Origin: Octopus vulgaris
Taxonomy: Eukaryota
DNA: 64,000 nucleotides
Assembly (NCBI GenBank): GCA_951406725.2
Contig: OX597827.1
Location: 79,856,001 to 79,920,000, forward strand
Direction: 5' to 3'
Made by a program: the position numbers and the translations under genes
The notes under the pieces: generated by a model
Told to the model about the DNA's origin: nothing
Databases searched by the model: none
What the model saw: only the letters and a program-made list of their open reading frames with translations
Shown: one piece after another, positions 40,243 to 51,749 of the stretch
Numbering within the stretch: position 1 is the stretch's first letter
Layout of the letters: each line of letters starts with the position of its first letter

Positions 40243-41880
40243 TTGTTACTGTTCTTTTTGTACTTCCTGTATGGCTGGGTCCCAACTATGTACCTGAAGT
40301 GTTGTGGGAAAGATGTCACCTCATTGACAACACCCTCAACAACATGTGAGTTGTTTCAGCATTGGATCTTCATGTCTTTGTACCTGGTCAGCTTCTTTGT
40401 GACACTCATGGATGGAGTTGTTCTTTTTGGAAGGTATTGCAAGGTTCATAAATATACACCTCATTACACTTCATGTCAATATTCTTCTTGATAACGTCGT
40501 CAGTCTTTTTAGCCTTTATCTCTGCCAGTGTGGATGGGAATATGGTAAACAATGGGTGACACCATTGTCATCAGTGACCATGTTTTGTTGAAGTTTACAC
40601 CACTTCTTAATTATCTTGATTTTCTCACACAGCATGCTTCCCACTTCCCAGCACATATAAATGCTGCTGCCTTGTTATACTTGTGTATGTATTTGGTCTT
40701 TGCTAGTTCCACATATCCAGGGACAGTAATGTCAATGGTCTCTTCATATTTTTCATAAATGCTGCATTGTGGGTAAGTTCCATCGTTGATGATACAATGG
40801 TGACAGGATCTGATTGTAAAAGTTTCTGCTTTCAGTCCAGAGCTCTTGCACCACTGGTGTGTCCTCATTTGGCCCACATCTACATTCTGCCTCGATTTTG
40901 GGTACTTCCCATGCATTACCATGTCCTACCCACTCCATGTTTACAACAGTTGCAGCTGGCAATGTTATTTCATCTGGTGTAAAATGTTTGTCACCTCATT
41001 TTCTGTTGATAGGATTTCTGAGAGATCAAACACTTTCTCAAAATGCCCTACTTCTTCCTTGATGCAGTATATCTGACATTTCATGATACAAGAGTGTTTA
41101 TGTCAGGTATGTGTCTAACCTGATGATACTAGTCTTAATGATCGCTTCAAGTTAAACTAAGCCTCATCCTCCTAAAGCTCTTTTCTAGGCACAACCTTTT
41201 GAGACCAGTTTTCGGGTGGTGTTCCTTCTCTATTGTCGGCTTTTCAGTTGATGAAACAATAGGTATTGCTATGGTGTTAATAGCTCTAAATCTGTTTGTT
41301 GTTTTCAGTTCACTTTTGAGCATCACACATTTCCCTGTAATATTCATTCCGACTCTCCTTTATGGATGACAGTTGTATGCCCCTTCACACTTATTGATTC
41401 TGAGCCCCATTCTGATAGAATCACTAAAGCTCTTGACGATGTGAATAGATCTTCCTGCTAAATGTTGTCCTTGGCAAATGTTTTGAAGGTGTCAATTCAG
41501 AACAGGTGGTTCAGTTTGCAATTCTGTGAGTTGTGACCATAGCTACTGTTGTTCATTAGACTGCAGAATGGTACAAGTACAAGGCATAAGAGCAGTGGTA
41601 ATAGTGAGTCCTCTAAGAAGCTATTACCTTTTATGTTGATTGCTGTCAGGATGGTCTTCCAGGTTTTCAAGCTCTCTTTCATGAATTTGATAATTGTTGG
41701 GCAGACTCTGTGGATCTTAAGGTCCTTCTCTATTCAGGAATGTGGTACACTCTCAAATGGCTTCTTGTAGTCAATCCATGTTTGTGACAAGTTCTTTTGC
41801 TTTGCTTTGATTTGATTTTTTCTAACATGACTTTATTCATGAGTAGCTGGTCCTTGTGCCCACAGCTTCCTCTCTGACAT
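40243..41880 (-). mobile_element. R4/Dong-like LINE remnant (RT to endonuclease)
   Basis: WIDYKKPFESVPHS, EDSLLPLLLCL, LNHLF, LKSELKTTNRFRAINTIAIP, HHPK, MHGKY..LKAET; abuts (TAA)n at 40214-40242. Confidence 0.85.
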
Positions 41881-41896
41881 TTTACTATTATTATTA

Positions 41897-42610
41897 TCCT
41901 GAAAGACTTTCAGATAGTTCTTAATTACTGGTTGTTCTTTACTTGAAAGCAGGCATTAACAAATCACCAAAGGTTTCAAGTAGTGCCTTCTCCTGTGACC
42001 CAAAGAGACAATACTCTCCTTAGAATGTGAGGAGCTGTACCCAAGAATGCTGTCTTCTGGATCATTTCAAGCCTGACAGCGGCTCCAATATTCTTAATAT
42101 ATTTTTTAAAGCTCTTGGAAACTGCTCCGAATACTCCAATTACCACCGGCATCACCATTATTTTCCTCATGCCCCATAACTTTCCTATCTCGTCCCACAG
42201 TGGCTGGTATTTCTCATTCTTTTCTGTTTCCTTGCATTCCACCCTCGAATTGCCTGGTATTGCAACATCTATTATCTTTGCTTCTTTTTCATCTTTATGG
42301 ATGATCATGATATCTGGTCGCCTCGCCTTTATTATTTGGTCACACTGTATGTTAAAATCCCTGAGTTTTTTGTAATGTTTATTTTCCATTACTCCCTCTG
42401 GCTTGTGTTCATACCTTTGTTGAGATCTCTTGAGGTTTGCATTACCACACAACAGCCAGTGGACACATTGTCGTGTCTCCTTTTTTATTCGCATTGTGCC
42501 AGCTTATAGCACTCACAAACAATATCGCTTATACTTTCTCCCTTCCCAGAGCACTTCCTACACTGTGGTGAGTCAGTGCTTTTACCAGTGTGATATTTGG
42601 AGTAGTTTGT
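41897..42610 (-). mobile_element. R4/Dong-like LINE 3' end (second family)
   Basis: HWLLC..YEHKPE..RRPDIMI..IIDVAIP..EKNEKY..PVVIGVFG..IQKTAFLGT; (TAA)n at both ends. Confidence 0.9.
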
Positions 42611-42659
<49 letters not shown>

Positions 42660-42680
42660 CATTATTATTATTATCATTAT

Positions 42681-43187
42681 TAAATATTTAACTTTTACTG
42701 TGTATTTGTACAAGTTGACTCCAACTCTCATCCAGAGACCTCAAAAGACAAGTTAGAAGTTCAAGTTGGTGTTATGACTAGGGTGCCATATATTTGGTTT
42801 TGCACAAAGTATTGTTTTAGAGAATGTCTAAGAAAACATGAGAAAGTTATAAGTTTGTTTTAAAATTTGGAATTACATAGACAGTATTTTACCTAGGATA
42901 TCGGCAGTTCCCATAAGCACTATCTTTTGAATTTCTTCCATGTTTGGATTTCTTGGTATCTGAGCTACGTAGCAATCAGCCCCTTTTGCTATCATTCCTA
43001 TGACAACAGGTATTGTTTTAGTCTTGAGGTTCCACATTTTGCCAATTTCTATTTCAAGATTTTTATACTTGCTCAGTTTTTGGTAAGTCTTGACAGATAC
43101 ATTTAAGCCGATTGGAACAGTTGTATTGATGAGGAGGCATGATTTTTGTTTGAAGTCCTTCAATATAATATCTTGCCTATTCACATC
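42681..43187 (-). mobile_element. R4/Dong-like LINE 3' end (third family), cut off by the maT element
   Basis: NRQDIILKD..KLSKYKNLEIEIGKMW..IPVVIG..IQKIVLMGT; tail runs into (TAA)n at 42613-42680. A homologous 3' tip lies at 39913-39974. Confidence 0.88.
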
Positions 43188-43932
43188 TACAGGGTGGAGG
43201 AGTAAAACTTGCATTAAAAGTTACACTAATATTTCACAGTGACCACTGCACCAAATGATATGAGACCTAATGTAGAACAAAGACTACATTGTCTGCTAAT
43301 ATGCAAGAATATTGGAGAATGTGAATGCACAGGAAGACAAACACCAAAGAGTGTGTGATTTGGTCCATGCACAAGTCGATCCGTAGAGGATTTCAAGCAT
43401 AGTTGGAGTATCCTTATGCACAGTTTATAACACCAAGAACAGAATGGACATGGGCAATGGCATTCAGATGAAGTCTGGCAGGGGTGGGACCAACAAGAAG
43501 TGGAGTCAAGACTTCATCAACACCCTCAAGTACAAAATTTCTATGGACCCAACCACATCCATGAGGAAGTTGGATTCTGAACTTGAAATGGACTCCAAGA
43601 CCATCAGAACAGCTTTGAATGATGACTTAGACCTCGAGTCCTTTGCCAGGATGTTGAGACTCATGCTGACAGAACCTATGAAGGCCAGAAGACTGGAGAA
43701 GTGCATAAAGATTCTCACATACCTCAAGAAGAATGGGTCCACTGTGAAAATCATCTCTGATGGAAAGATCTTCACAGTGGATGCCATTGTGAACTGCAGA
43801 AACGACCAGTACCTTTCAGTGTCAACAGTTGACATCAGGAGCACCTTCGGGACAAAACATCCAGCCTAGGTCATAGCCTTCGGTGTTGAGGTCTTGGCTG
43901 GATGAAAGATGCTCATCTACTTCTACAAGCCC
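43188..43932 (+). pseudogene. maT/DD37D-like Tc1-mariner transposase remnant (5' half)
   Basis: TACAGGGTG terminus, HTH (RISSIVGVSLCTVYN), ISDGKIFTVD..NCRNDQY..TKHPA*VIAFG; in-frame stops. Confidence 0.8.
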
Positions 43933-44177
43933 ACCATTTGAGCAATGGGGTCAGTTTAATAGAGCAGTCCCCAAAACTTTAGGCTTTGTGCCGATAGCAG
44001 AAAGGATCGTTTATTTATTGCTTTGGTCATTCATTTGTGGTCAATGCCAATGTGTGACCAGTCATATTGACACAGGCAGATATTTCAGTTTATTACTTAT
44101 TTTATCCATCTCCACATTTTAACCTCTTAGTTACAGGGCAACATCAAAAACACTCTATAGATCACACACACATGTAT

Positions 44178-44209
<32 letters not shown>

Positions 44210-44635
44210 TTAATGTCCACTTTTCCATACTTGATTCACATGGAATTTATTAAAGCAGATTTTCTACAACTAAATCCAGGCAAAACAAAGCCTGTTTCCA
44301 AGCAAAATAAAACCTCCCCATATATATATGAATCTGTGTGAATATATATATTTATATAAATGAGGAGCAAAAGTAAGATTGTATTGCAGCTATTCAGTGC
44401 TAAACGTATATATATTATCACAATTAATGTCTTTGTGCATAGACTTTTATACCCCTTTAACTTGAGCATTTTGAACAGGACAAGAAACCCCTTGTTAATG
44501 TTTACTGATTTAAAATTGTACCCTCTAAATTGTCCTGTTTTTCTGTATACCTATCAGTTTTCTGACACAACTGTAATCACATACACACAGGAATTTAATT
44601 TCATAAATGACACTTTTTCATTAAAACTTTTTTTG

Positions 44636-44676
44636 TATATATATATACACATACATATGAATATATGTATATATAA

Positions 44677-44715
<39 letters not shown>

Positions 44716-44750
44716 ATATACTCACATTATATATATAGACACACACGCAC

Positions 44751-44798
<48 letters not shown>

Positions 44799-44849
44799 TT
44801 ATATTATTATATTATTGGCTAAACTGGCAAAATGACCATTCCGAAATAA

Positions 44850-44894
<45 letters not shown>

Positions 44895-44917
44895 TTTACA
44901 CACACACACACACATAT

Positions 44918-44952
<35 letters not shown>

Positions 44953-45028
44953 ATATATATACATACACATATATATATATATATCTACACATATATATAT
45001 ATATATACACACATACATATATATACAT

Positions 45029-45071
<43 letters not shown>

Positions 45072-45108
45072 TATATATATATACATACACATATATATAT
45101 ACATATAT
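44636..45108. repeat. Compound (TA)/(CA)/(TG) microsatellite block
   Basis: Directly visible; explains the 258-aa YI/HT ORF. Confidence 0.95.
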
Positions 45109-45109
45109 A

Positions 45110-45442
45110 AAGGGTAAAGACCCCCTTCGGTCATGAATGACCATGGGATTGCACCTAGAAAGTTACCCTCCTAGACACAAGTCCGGGCAAGGTTGTTTAT
45201 GGAAGGCTAGCAGTCGCCCATGCATACCAGCCTCCCCTCTCCACGCCACCAGTGTTATCCAAGGGAAAGACAAAGGTCGATACAGCTTGGCACCTGTGAC
45301 GTCGCAACTCATTTCTACAGCTGAGTGAACTGGAGCAACGTGAAATAAAGTGTCTTGCTCAAGAACACAACACGCAGCCCGGTCCGGGATTCGAGCTCAC
45401 AACCTCACGATCGTAAGCTCGACGCTCTAACCACTGAGCCAT
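45110..45442 (-). mobile_element. tRNA-derived SINE (second family) inserted in (TA)n
   Basis: Minus strand TGGCTCAGTGG (A box) ... GCTCGAATCC (B box); 3' stem-loop ggtcattcatgacc and cttt tail. Confidence 0.85.
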
Positions 45443-45449
45443 ATATATA

Positions 45450-45498
<49 letters not shown>

Positions 45499-45562
45499 CA
45501 TACATACATACATACATTATACACACACACACACACACATATATATGTATGTATGTATGTAT

Positions 45563-45775
45563 AGTTCAGATTTACAGAAAACAAAAGACTAAGACAGGTG
45601 AGGGAACAACAAGCAGGTGTGTTAAATTGACACTCGAGAAGAATGGAAAAATTATTGAGGTTTCAAGCCTACACTCCTCAACAAAAAGGATTGAGAGAAA
45701 AAAAAAAGGAGAATGAAAAGAAAAAAGAAAGAGAAGAGAAAAAATATTTGTAGGGATTAATGGTTCAACATGATG
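45563..45775 (-). repeat. Diverged copy 4 of the same family
   Basis: aagacaggtg...aacaacaagcaggtgtgtt...gtttcaagcctacactcctcaaca. Confidence 0.55.
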
Positions 45776-45792
45776 AATAATGAATATATGTG

Positions 45793-45829
<37 letters not shown>

Positions 45830-45835
<6 letters not shown>

Positions 45836-46026
45836 TATATAGAAGGAGCTTCTACAGGACTAGTACTGTTTCATTCAAGAGAAATCTTCAGGAGCTTCCT
45901 GAAGATTTCTCTTGAATGAAACAGTACTAGTCCTGTAAAGCTCCTTCTATATAATAAATTAATTTTACTCTGCCATGTATTGAGTACCTTACTTACTGTG
46001 GTTAACCCCGAATCAACCCGGGACCT
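45830..46026 (+). mobile_element. Penelope-like terminal remnant: ~130-bp palindrome containing a minimal hammerhead ribozyme
   Basis: Arms 45830-45893 and 45897-45959 differ by one indel. Plus strand reads GGAGCTTC-CTGAAGA-tttctcttgaat-GAAAC-AGTACT-A-GTC-ctgt-AAAGCTCC. Flanked by (TA)n. Confidence 0.7.
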
Positions 46027-46243
46027 ATATATATATATATATATATATTATTAGTGAATTCGTTCAACTCCATTTCTTCAATTCACTAATAATATTAAAA
46101 TTCAATTATCCGCACCAACGCATGGTTGCAACACCATATGGTTGTACCTCCAACCGTGCTGTCTTCTGCTGTGATTTTTGCTACCAAGGTATCGGTTAAA
46201 CTTTTGATTAATCTGCAACAAGATTATTCATCTTTCTATTTCA

Positions 46244-46279
<36 letters not shown>

Positions 46280-46501
46280 CTTATAATTGTTGAAATTGTA
46301 ATGTTTCTAGCAATGGATAGGTGTCATCCAGCTTTATTGAAAACTTGTATTGTTTTGTAACTCTGGACAATCCCGTAACCAAAAGTGCTATTGCTCACCA
46401 ATAGTAATGTAGAATTAATAAATATAAATTAATAATTTGTCAAAAGAGAAATCTATGAAATACAAACCAAATAATATGTAGTAGAAAGAAAATAAACTTA
46501 C

Positions 46502-48883
46502 CGTTATGGATTTTGGAAGTGTCCGGACTAGAGTAGCTGTTTTCCAGTCTTTACTCGAGTTCTCCTCAGGGTAAAACTGGTTTGATGATATAATTGACGG
46601 ACTGTTATTGCTGAGCATCTCTTCTGGGTTTTTTGTCACAACTATAGGATTATTTGTTTGGTATATTAACTGTTTCATTTCTGCTCTTGAATGGTATTGA
46701 GAATTTTCACGAACCCTTGCAGAATTATTTCGTGTATTGGTGCCTCTAATAAAGCACAGTGTCACAGAAACCACAATAGCCACAGATATTATTACAGCTG
46801 CTACTACTATGATAATTACCCAAGTTAAATTGAGGTTGTTACCAGACTGTAAGTGTACAGCTGTGAACATTGGTGACGTCTTGTTACTAACAGTCAGTGT
46901 CAAAGACACACTAGTTGTTGCTGACAGAACTGGAGTACCACTGTCTTTCACAACAAACTCAAGCTCATATGATCCGGCATCATTTTGGTAAACTGTGCGA
47001 GAGTAAGATAACACACCAGTGAACAAGTCCAGTTTAAATAACTGTCTCTCGTTACCTGAAACGATTTCATACTTGAGAAAAGCGTTATTTCCATTGTCTC
47101 TGTCTGAAGCTCTCAAAACTGTGATGTCGTTCTTACTTTGCGGATGATAGTGGACATCAAGAGTGAAAGGGTCAACACTAGGAAATGTAAAATATGGAGC
47201 ATTATCATTTCTATCCAATACTTCCACTTCAACATTCACTGTGTTATTCAGAGATGGGCTTCCATTGTCTTTCACAAAAACCTCAAACTCATAGAAATCT
47301 CTGTGTTCTCTGTCTAAAGACTGGTTTGTTGAAATAAAGCCATAGTTAGAAATTTGAAAGGGAATTGGATGCCTTTTCTTGTGCAATAGGGAATAGGTTA
47401 GCTTCCCAGCCAGTCCCAGATCAGGATCAGTGGCATTGATAAAGCCAATAGGAAAATGTGGTTTTTCATTTTCATAAGTTAAAAATTTAAACATGTCTTT
47501 ATTAAATTGTGGCTGTACATCATTGGCATCAGTGACCTGGAGTGAAAACATTTGTTCTGTTTTAAGAGATGGGAAACCTTCATCTTGACAGGTAATCAAG
47601 ACATTATAATAATCTTGTGTCTCTCTGTCAACAGAACTTTTCATAACTATTTTAAATTCTTTTGACCCCATGGACACCAGCTGTAATATATCATGATGGA
47701 GGCTACAGCTGACTTGTCCATTATACCCAACATCATTGTCAGTGACCATCACATAAGCAATGAAACTACCAACTCTGGTATCTTCCGAGATGGTAGCTGT
47801 GTTGTCACTGATTGCAGAAACATAATCAATGTCAATAGATGGAGGATTGTTGTGTTGGTTGATGACATTCACGAGGACTGTTGCTATGGAACTGAGAGGA
47901 GGACTGCCTCCATCCCTAGCTTCTATGTAGAGTTGGTATGTCAATTTAGTATCTAGACTAGAACTCTCTGTTGAGAAAATTTTGCCAGTAGAGTGATCGA
48001 CTTGAAACTGTCTTTTAACAGTGTCTGAAGTCATTGGACTGAAGTAGTAAGAGACTTTCTTATTCTCTCCTGTATCGGAATCCGTTGATGATAGTGTGAG
48101 GATTGGAATATTCTTATTGTGTGTGTTTTTGATGGATACATTATAAATATTTCTAGAAAATACAGGTCGATTGTCATTCTCATCTTTAATTATTACTCGA
48201 ACTTTTAAAACACTCTGTTTAGTTGGAGATCCCTCATCTTTAGCCACAACATTTATGTTATAGATATCCTTCATTTCTCTATCCAACCTCTCTTCTAAAA
48301 CAATTTCTAACATTGAGATTCCATCAGCTCTTCTGGTTACTATTAATGAAAATGGTTCGTTTTCAGAATTTGCCAAAAAGTATTTTATCATGTGGTTATG
48401 AAATCCAACATCTTTGTCAATTGCGTTAGGAATGGACTTTTTCATTCCCTTCCCATCACCTTCATCAAATTCTAATGAAATCTCTTTGGTGGGAAATGTT
48501 GGTTGATTATCATTGATGTCTTCTATTATTACTTTCACTTTTAATATCTTCATAAATGTCTTTCCTTTCCTTACTGCTACTTTAACTATTCTGGAACATT
48601 CCTTGTTATATGTACACAGAGACTCAGCATCCAGTGTTTGAGTAGTGTATAGTTTTCCTGAGTTGGTGACATTAAATAAGTGAGAACCACTCTCGACTGT
48701 CCTTTGTAGTTGTGTAAATGTAATGAGAGTGTGTTGTTGATGTGTGAGAGAGTTTGATAAGTTAGAATCAGCAGCAATGTCTCCTATGTAGGTGTGAGGA
48801 CTGTCTTCTTCATTGACATGGTAGGTGATGTCCATGCATAAACAGAATTGAAGTAATAATATAGATAAGTATTCTACAAACAT
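46502..48883 (-). CDS. PCDH: Protocadherin, large first coding exon (signal peptide, EC1-EC6, TM, proximal cytoplasmic region; 794 codons); symbol is family-level only
   Basis: 822-aa ORF with cadherin motifs (LDAE/LDRE, DINDNQP, DENDNRP, DANDVQP, DRNDNAP, AxDxD, DxGxP), C-X5-C in EC1 and TM WVIIIVVAAVIISVAIVVSVTLCFI. A phase-0 donor ACG|GTAAGT at 46502/46501 means the ORF tail VSLFSFYY... is intron read-through. Confidence 0.96.
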
Positions 48884-48939
48884 ATTTCCATGTACAGTTG
48901 CTTGATGTGCGAGAGAGCTGTTAAAGCTGTCAGATCATT
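48884..48939 (-). other. 5'UTR part of the large Pcdh exon, with splice acceptor and two upstream AUGs
   Basis: Minus strand reads ttcttattcacttccatgtttttcag|AATGATCTGA... (AG at 48941-48940). uAUGs at 48938 (M-I-stop) and 48891 (M-E-I-C-L-stop). Confidence 0.75.
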
Positions 48940-49568
48940 CTGAAAAACATGGAAGTGAATAAGAAAATAAACTTAATTATATTCTAAAATAAATTCTTGA
49001 CTTCATCATTTCTATAAAAAAGAAAAAGAAAATGCAAAGGAAACGGAAGAAAGCTACTGAAAATAAGTCTAAATATGTTTCCATTTCCTTTCATCTGCTA
49101 TTGATTTTTGGAAAACAGACTTTTTTGCTTATTTGTGAGATTTCCCTCCAGCATATTGATATTTTAAACTCATAAAACTTGACTTTTAGCAGAAAAAAAT
49201 GTTGTTTCACTGGAAATAATTGGCTGTGGTGCATTCTGTGTCATGTTCATAATGATTGCTATGGCATAATTACTTCAGTTTGCTAAACTTGACATATGAT
49301 CAGAAGGAAAGTTAGCTCCCCTGTACTCCAGCCGGTAAACATTTTCAAATCTTATTTACTCAATGAAATATTATTTCATTAAAAAAGCTACTTCATTATA
49401 TCAATCTGAAACCATTTCTTTATACTAAATTATAATAGTTTATGTTTATAATAAACCTGAAATAAAATTTTACTCCTTTAGTTGAATTTACATTAGTGGA
49501 AATTAATTCTATTCACATTTTACAATGAACTAAATTATTATAAGATATTTAGATATCATTATTATTAT

Positions 49569-49614
<46 letters not shown>

Positions 49615-50164
49615 GAGTGAGAGAGCAGCACATGCCATCAAAGTGACACTGGGGTAAAATATACGAAGCCCAGTATACCCATCATGACTACCCATCTGAT
49701 AAGGGTACACCAGGCACATGCATCACAACCATAGGTGCGCGACATGGTGATCTCATATCAAGATAAACAGCACATGACCTTGCAGGTGGGGCTCAGTTAG
49801 AATTTTCTTCTGGTCGAGTAACTCATCCCGCTCAAAAGGTCCCTGAATAAGGGTTGTTTAAGGATGTTGAACAAAACACCCATGTTTCCAGAGGTGAATT
49901 ATTCAAACCCCAAAGAATCCCTCTCAACACACGGATATGATGCTCGCCCACTACTTCTGCTTGTGATCAGAGATGCACATATCGTCAGCCACTAAGGGAC
50001 ATGTTCAACTGGTTAAGGCCAAACAACTGACAACTAGTATTGAGCAGAATATTTGCTGTAGCCCATCTTTTATATATACCAAGGCAAAACAATGTACATG
50101 ATAACACTTCCAATCAGTTAAGATTAGAAGCCACGGGAGACACTGCCTGGTACTGCATCAGGGC

Positions 50165-50168
<4 letters not shown>
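49615..50168 (-). mobile_element. ~550-bp non-coding element in a (TTA)n array, 0.7 kb from the Pcdh exon acceptor
   Basis: Inverted homolog of 6599-7135 with (tta)n on both sides. Confidence 0.85.
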
Positions 50169-50201
<33 letters not shown>

Positions 50202-51545
50202 TTGCTTTTTTTTAAAAAAAAACTTAATCAGAAGGAAGGACAATGCCAATGATCTTTTTGCTTAACCTCAGTGGCTTGTGGGAGGAATGGACTAAGTTAT
50301 CTTCAGACAAAAACATCTGACATAATGTTTGCAACAAAATGGGCTTCTCTAAAGGGACAAAGAGCCAGGTAGTACTGTTAAATAGAGCCACAATTAGGGC
50401 ATTAGAAATAGCTGGAGCAGTTGTATGTTGGACTAATGAAATCCTACTGAATTCAACCAGGCTTTCATTCTTTCTGCATTAATTAAAATAAACATTAACA
50501 ATATAATTGGTTTCTCCATTTGTCTAACAAATTAAACTAACGAATTAAACAAGAGAAATATTAATGAATGATTTAGTTAAAAAGATATGTTAGAAAAAAT
50601 ATGCAGGAATTTAAAAGGAAAGCATGTTTGCAATAAAATAACGAATTAGTTGTAGAAGAATGATGAATGACAGAATCAGTAATTAATCTGTTGAGATTAA
50701 CTTCAAATTTCATCCTTTTGGGGTCAACGGGTGAAGTACCAGGCCTTGAATAGATTGACTAAACTTTTTGTACATTAATCTGGGGGAAAATTATTTAAGG
50801 AAACCAGGTAAGAAACCTGAAACTATATCTTGAAACATAATAACATTAATTTATTAAAGTGTGTGTGTGTGTGTGTTTGAGAGAGAGAGAGCATGTGTGT
50901 ATGTGTGTGAGTGCATGCATGTATGTATGTGTGTGAGTGCATGCATGAGAGAGAGTGAGAGAGTAAAAGAGGGAGGGAGAGAGAGATCATGTATTTATTC
51001 TATGATGTATTTATCTTTGAATTCAGACCTATATCTTACATTTTCTCAGATAAAACTATAAAAATGCAAAATTACTGGCAAAACATTTCAGTTGATTTGT
51101 CCTTTTAAGAATATATGTTAATGGCAACAACAAAAACTCCTCCAACAAAACCACTTTCACTACTTTTAATAAAAACTTGCATCTCAGTCCTTGCCTAAAG
51201 TTCAGCAAGTATGGTGCCATGGTAACTGCTCACTGCAAATTGTTTTTAAGGTAAATAAACAATAACAAGAATATGCTAGAAGGTGGTGGAGGTAGAAATA
51301 GCCAGTATGATAGGTAAATGCTGTATTTGTTGAGAAGTTAGCAAGTGAATATAAAATAGTAGTCAATTTATGCTTTAAATTAATCTAAACTGAATGGATG
51401 TAGATTCTGTGAGATTATTAAAAACCATCCCATTGATACACGTTCCATGGCTTCTTGTATAACACTGAGCTTAACTACGATTATTAGTGACAGAAGCAGT
51501 ATGAAAACCAAAATGTACTCTTTGTATCCAACTTGTGCTACTTAC

Positions 51546-51749
51546 CTGGAGAGGACATTTCCTGTGGACCTCTCACAAGGTCACATGGTACATAAAATCT
51601 TTTGATATTAATTCTGCCTTTGTTGCTAATAATCATTTTTAAAGAAGCCTGTTGGATATTTTGTGACATCAGTGTCTGAACAGTCATTGAAATTCAACAT
51701 ATTGCTGGCAGCAAGGTTTGACTGGTATGCAGCTACTGGATGTCTGCTA
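51546..51749 (-). other. Candidate non-coding 5'UTR exon of the Pcdh gene
   Basis: Consensus donor CAG|GTAAGT at 51546/51545 and acceptor ctccatctcttcag| at 51750. Non-repetitive sequence; the acceptor choice is uncertain. Confidence 0.45.

Noticed and set aside
44360-45136. 258-aa ORF
   Set aside because: Translation of (TA)/(CA) microsatellites.
45370-45442. tRNA gene (also at 53298 and 2693)
   Set aside because: The tRNA-like heads continue into SINE bodies and tails, with no complete acceptor stem or terminator.
46415-46501. Hydrophobic C-terminal 28 aa of the 822-aa ORF as a second TM segment
   Set aside because: It begins exactly at a consensus GTAAGT donor and is T-rich intron sequence.
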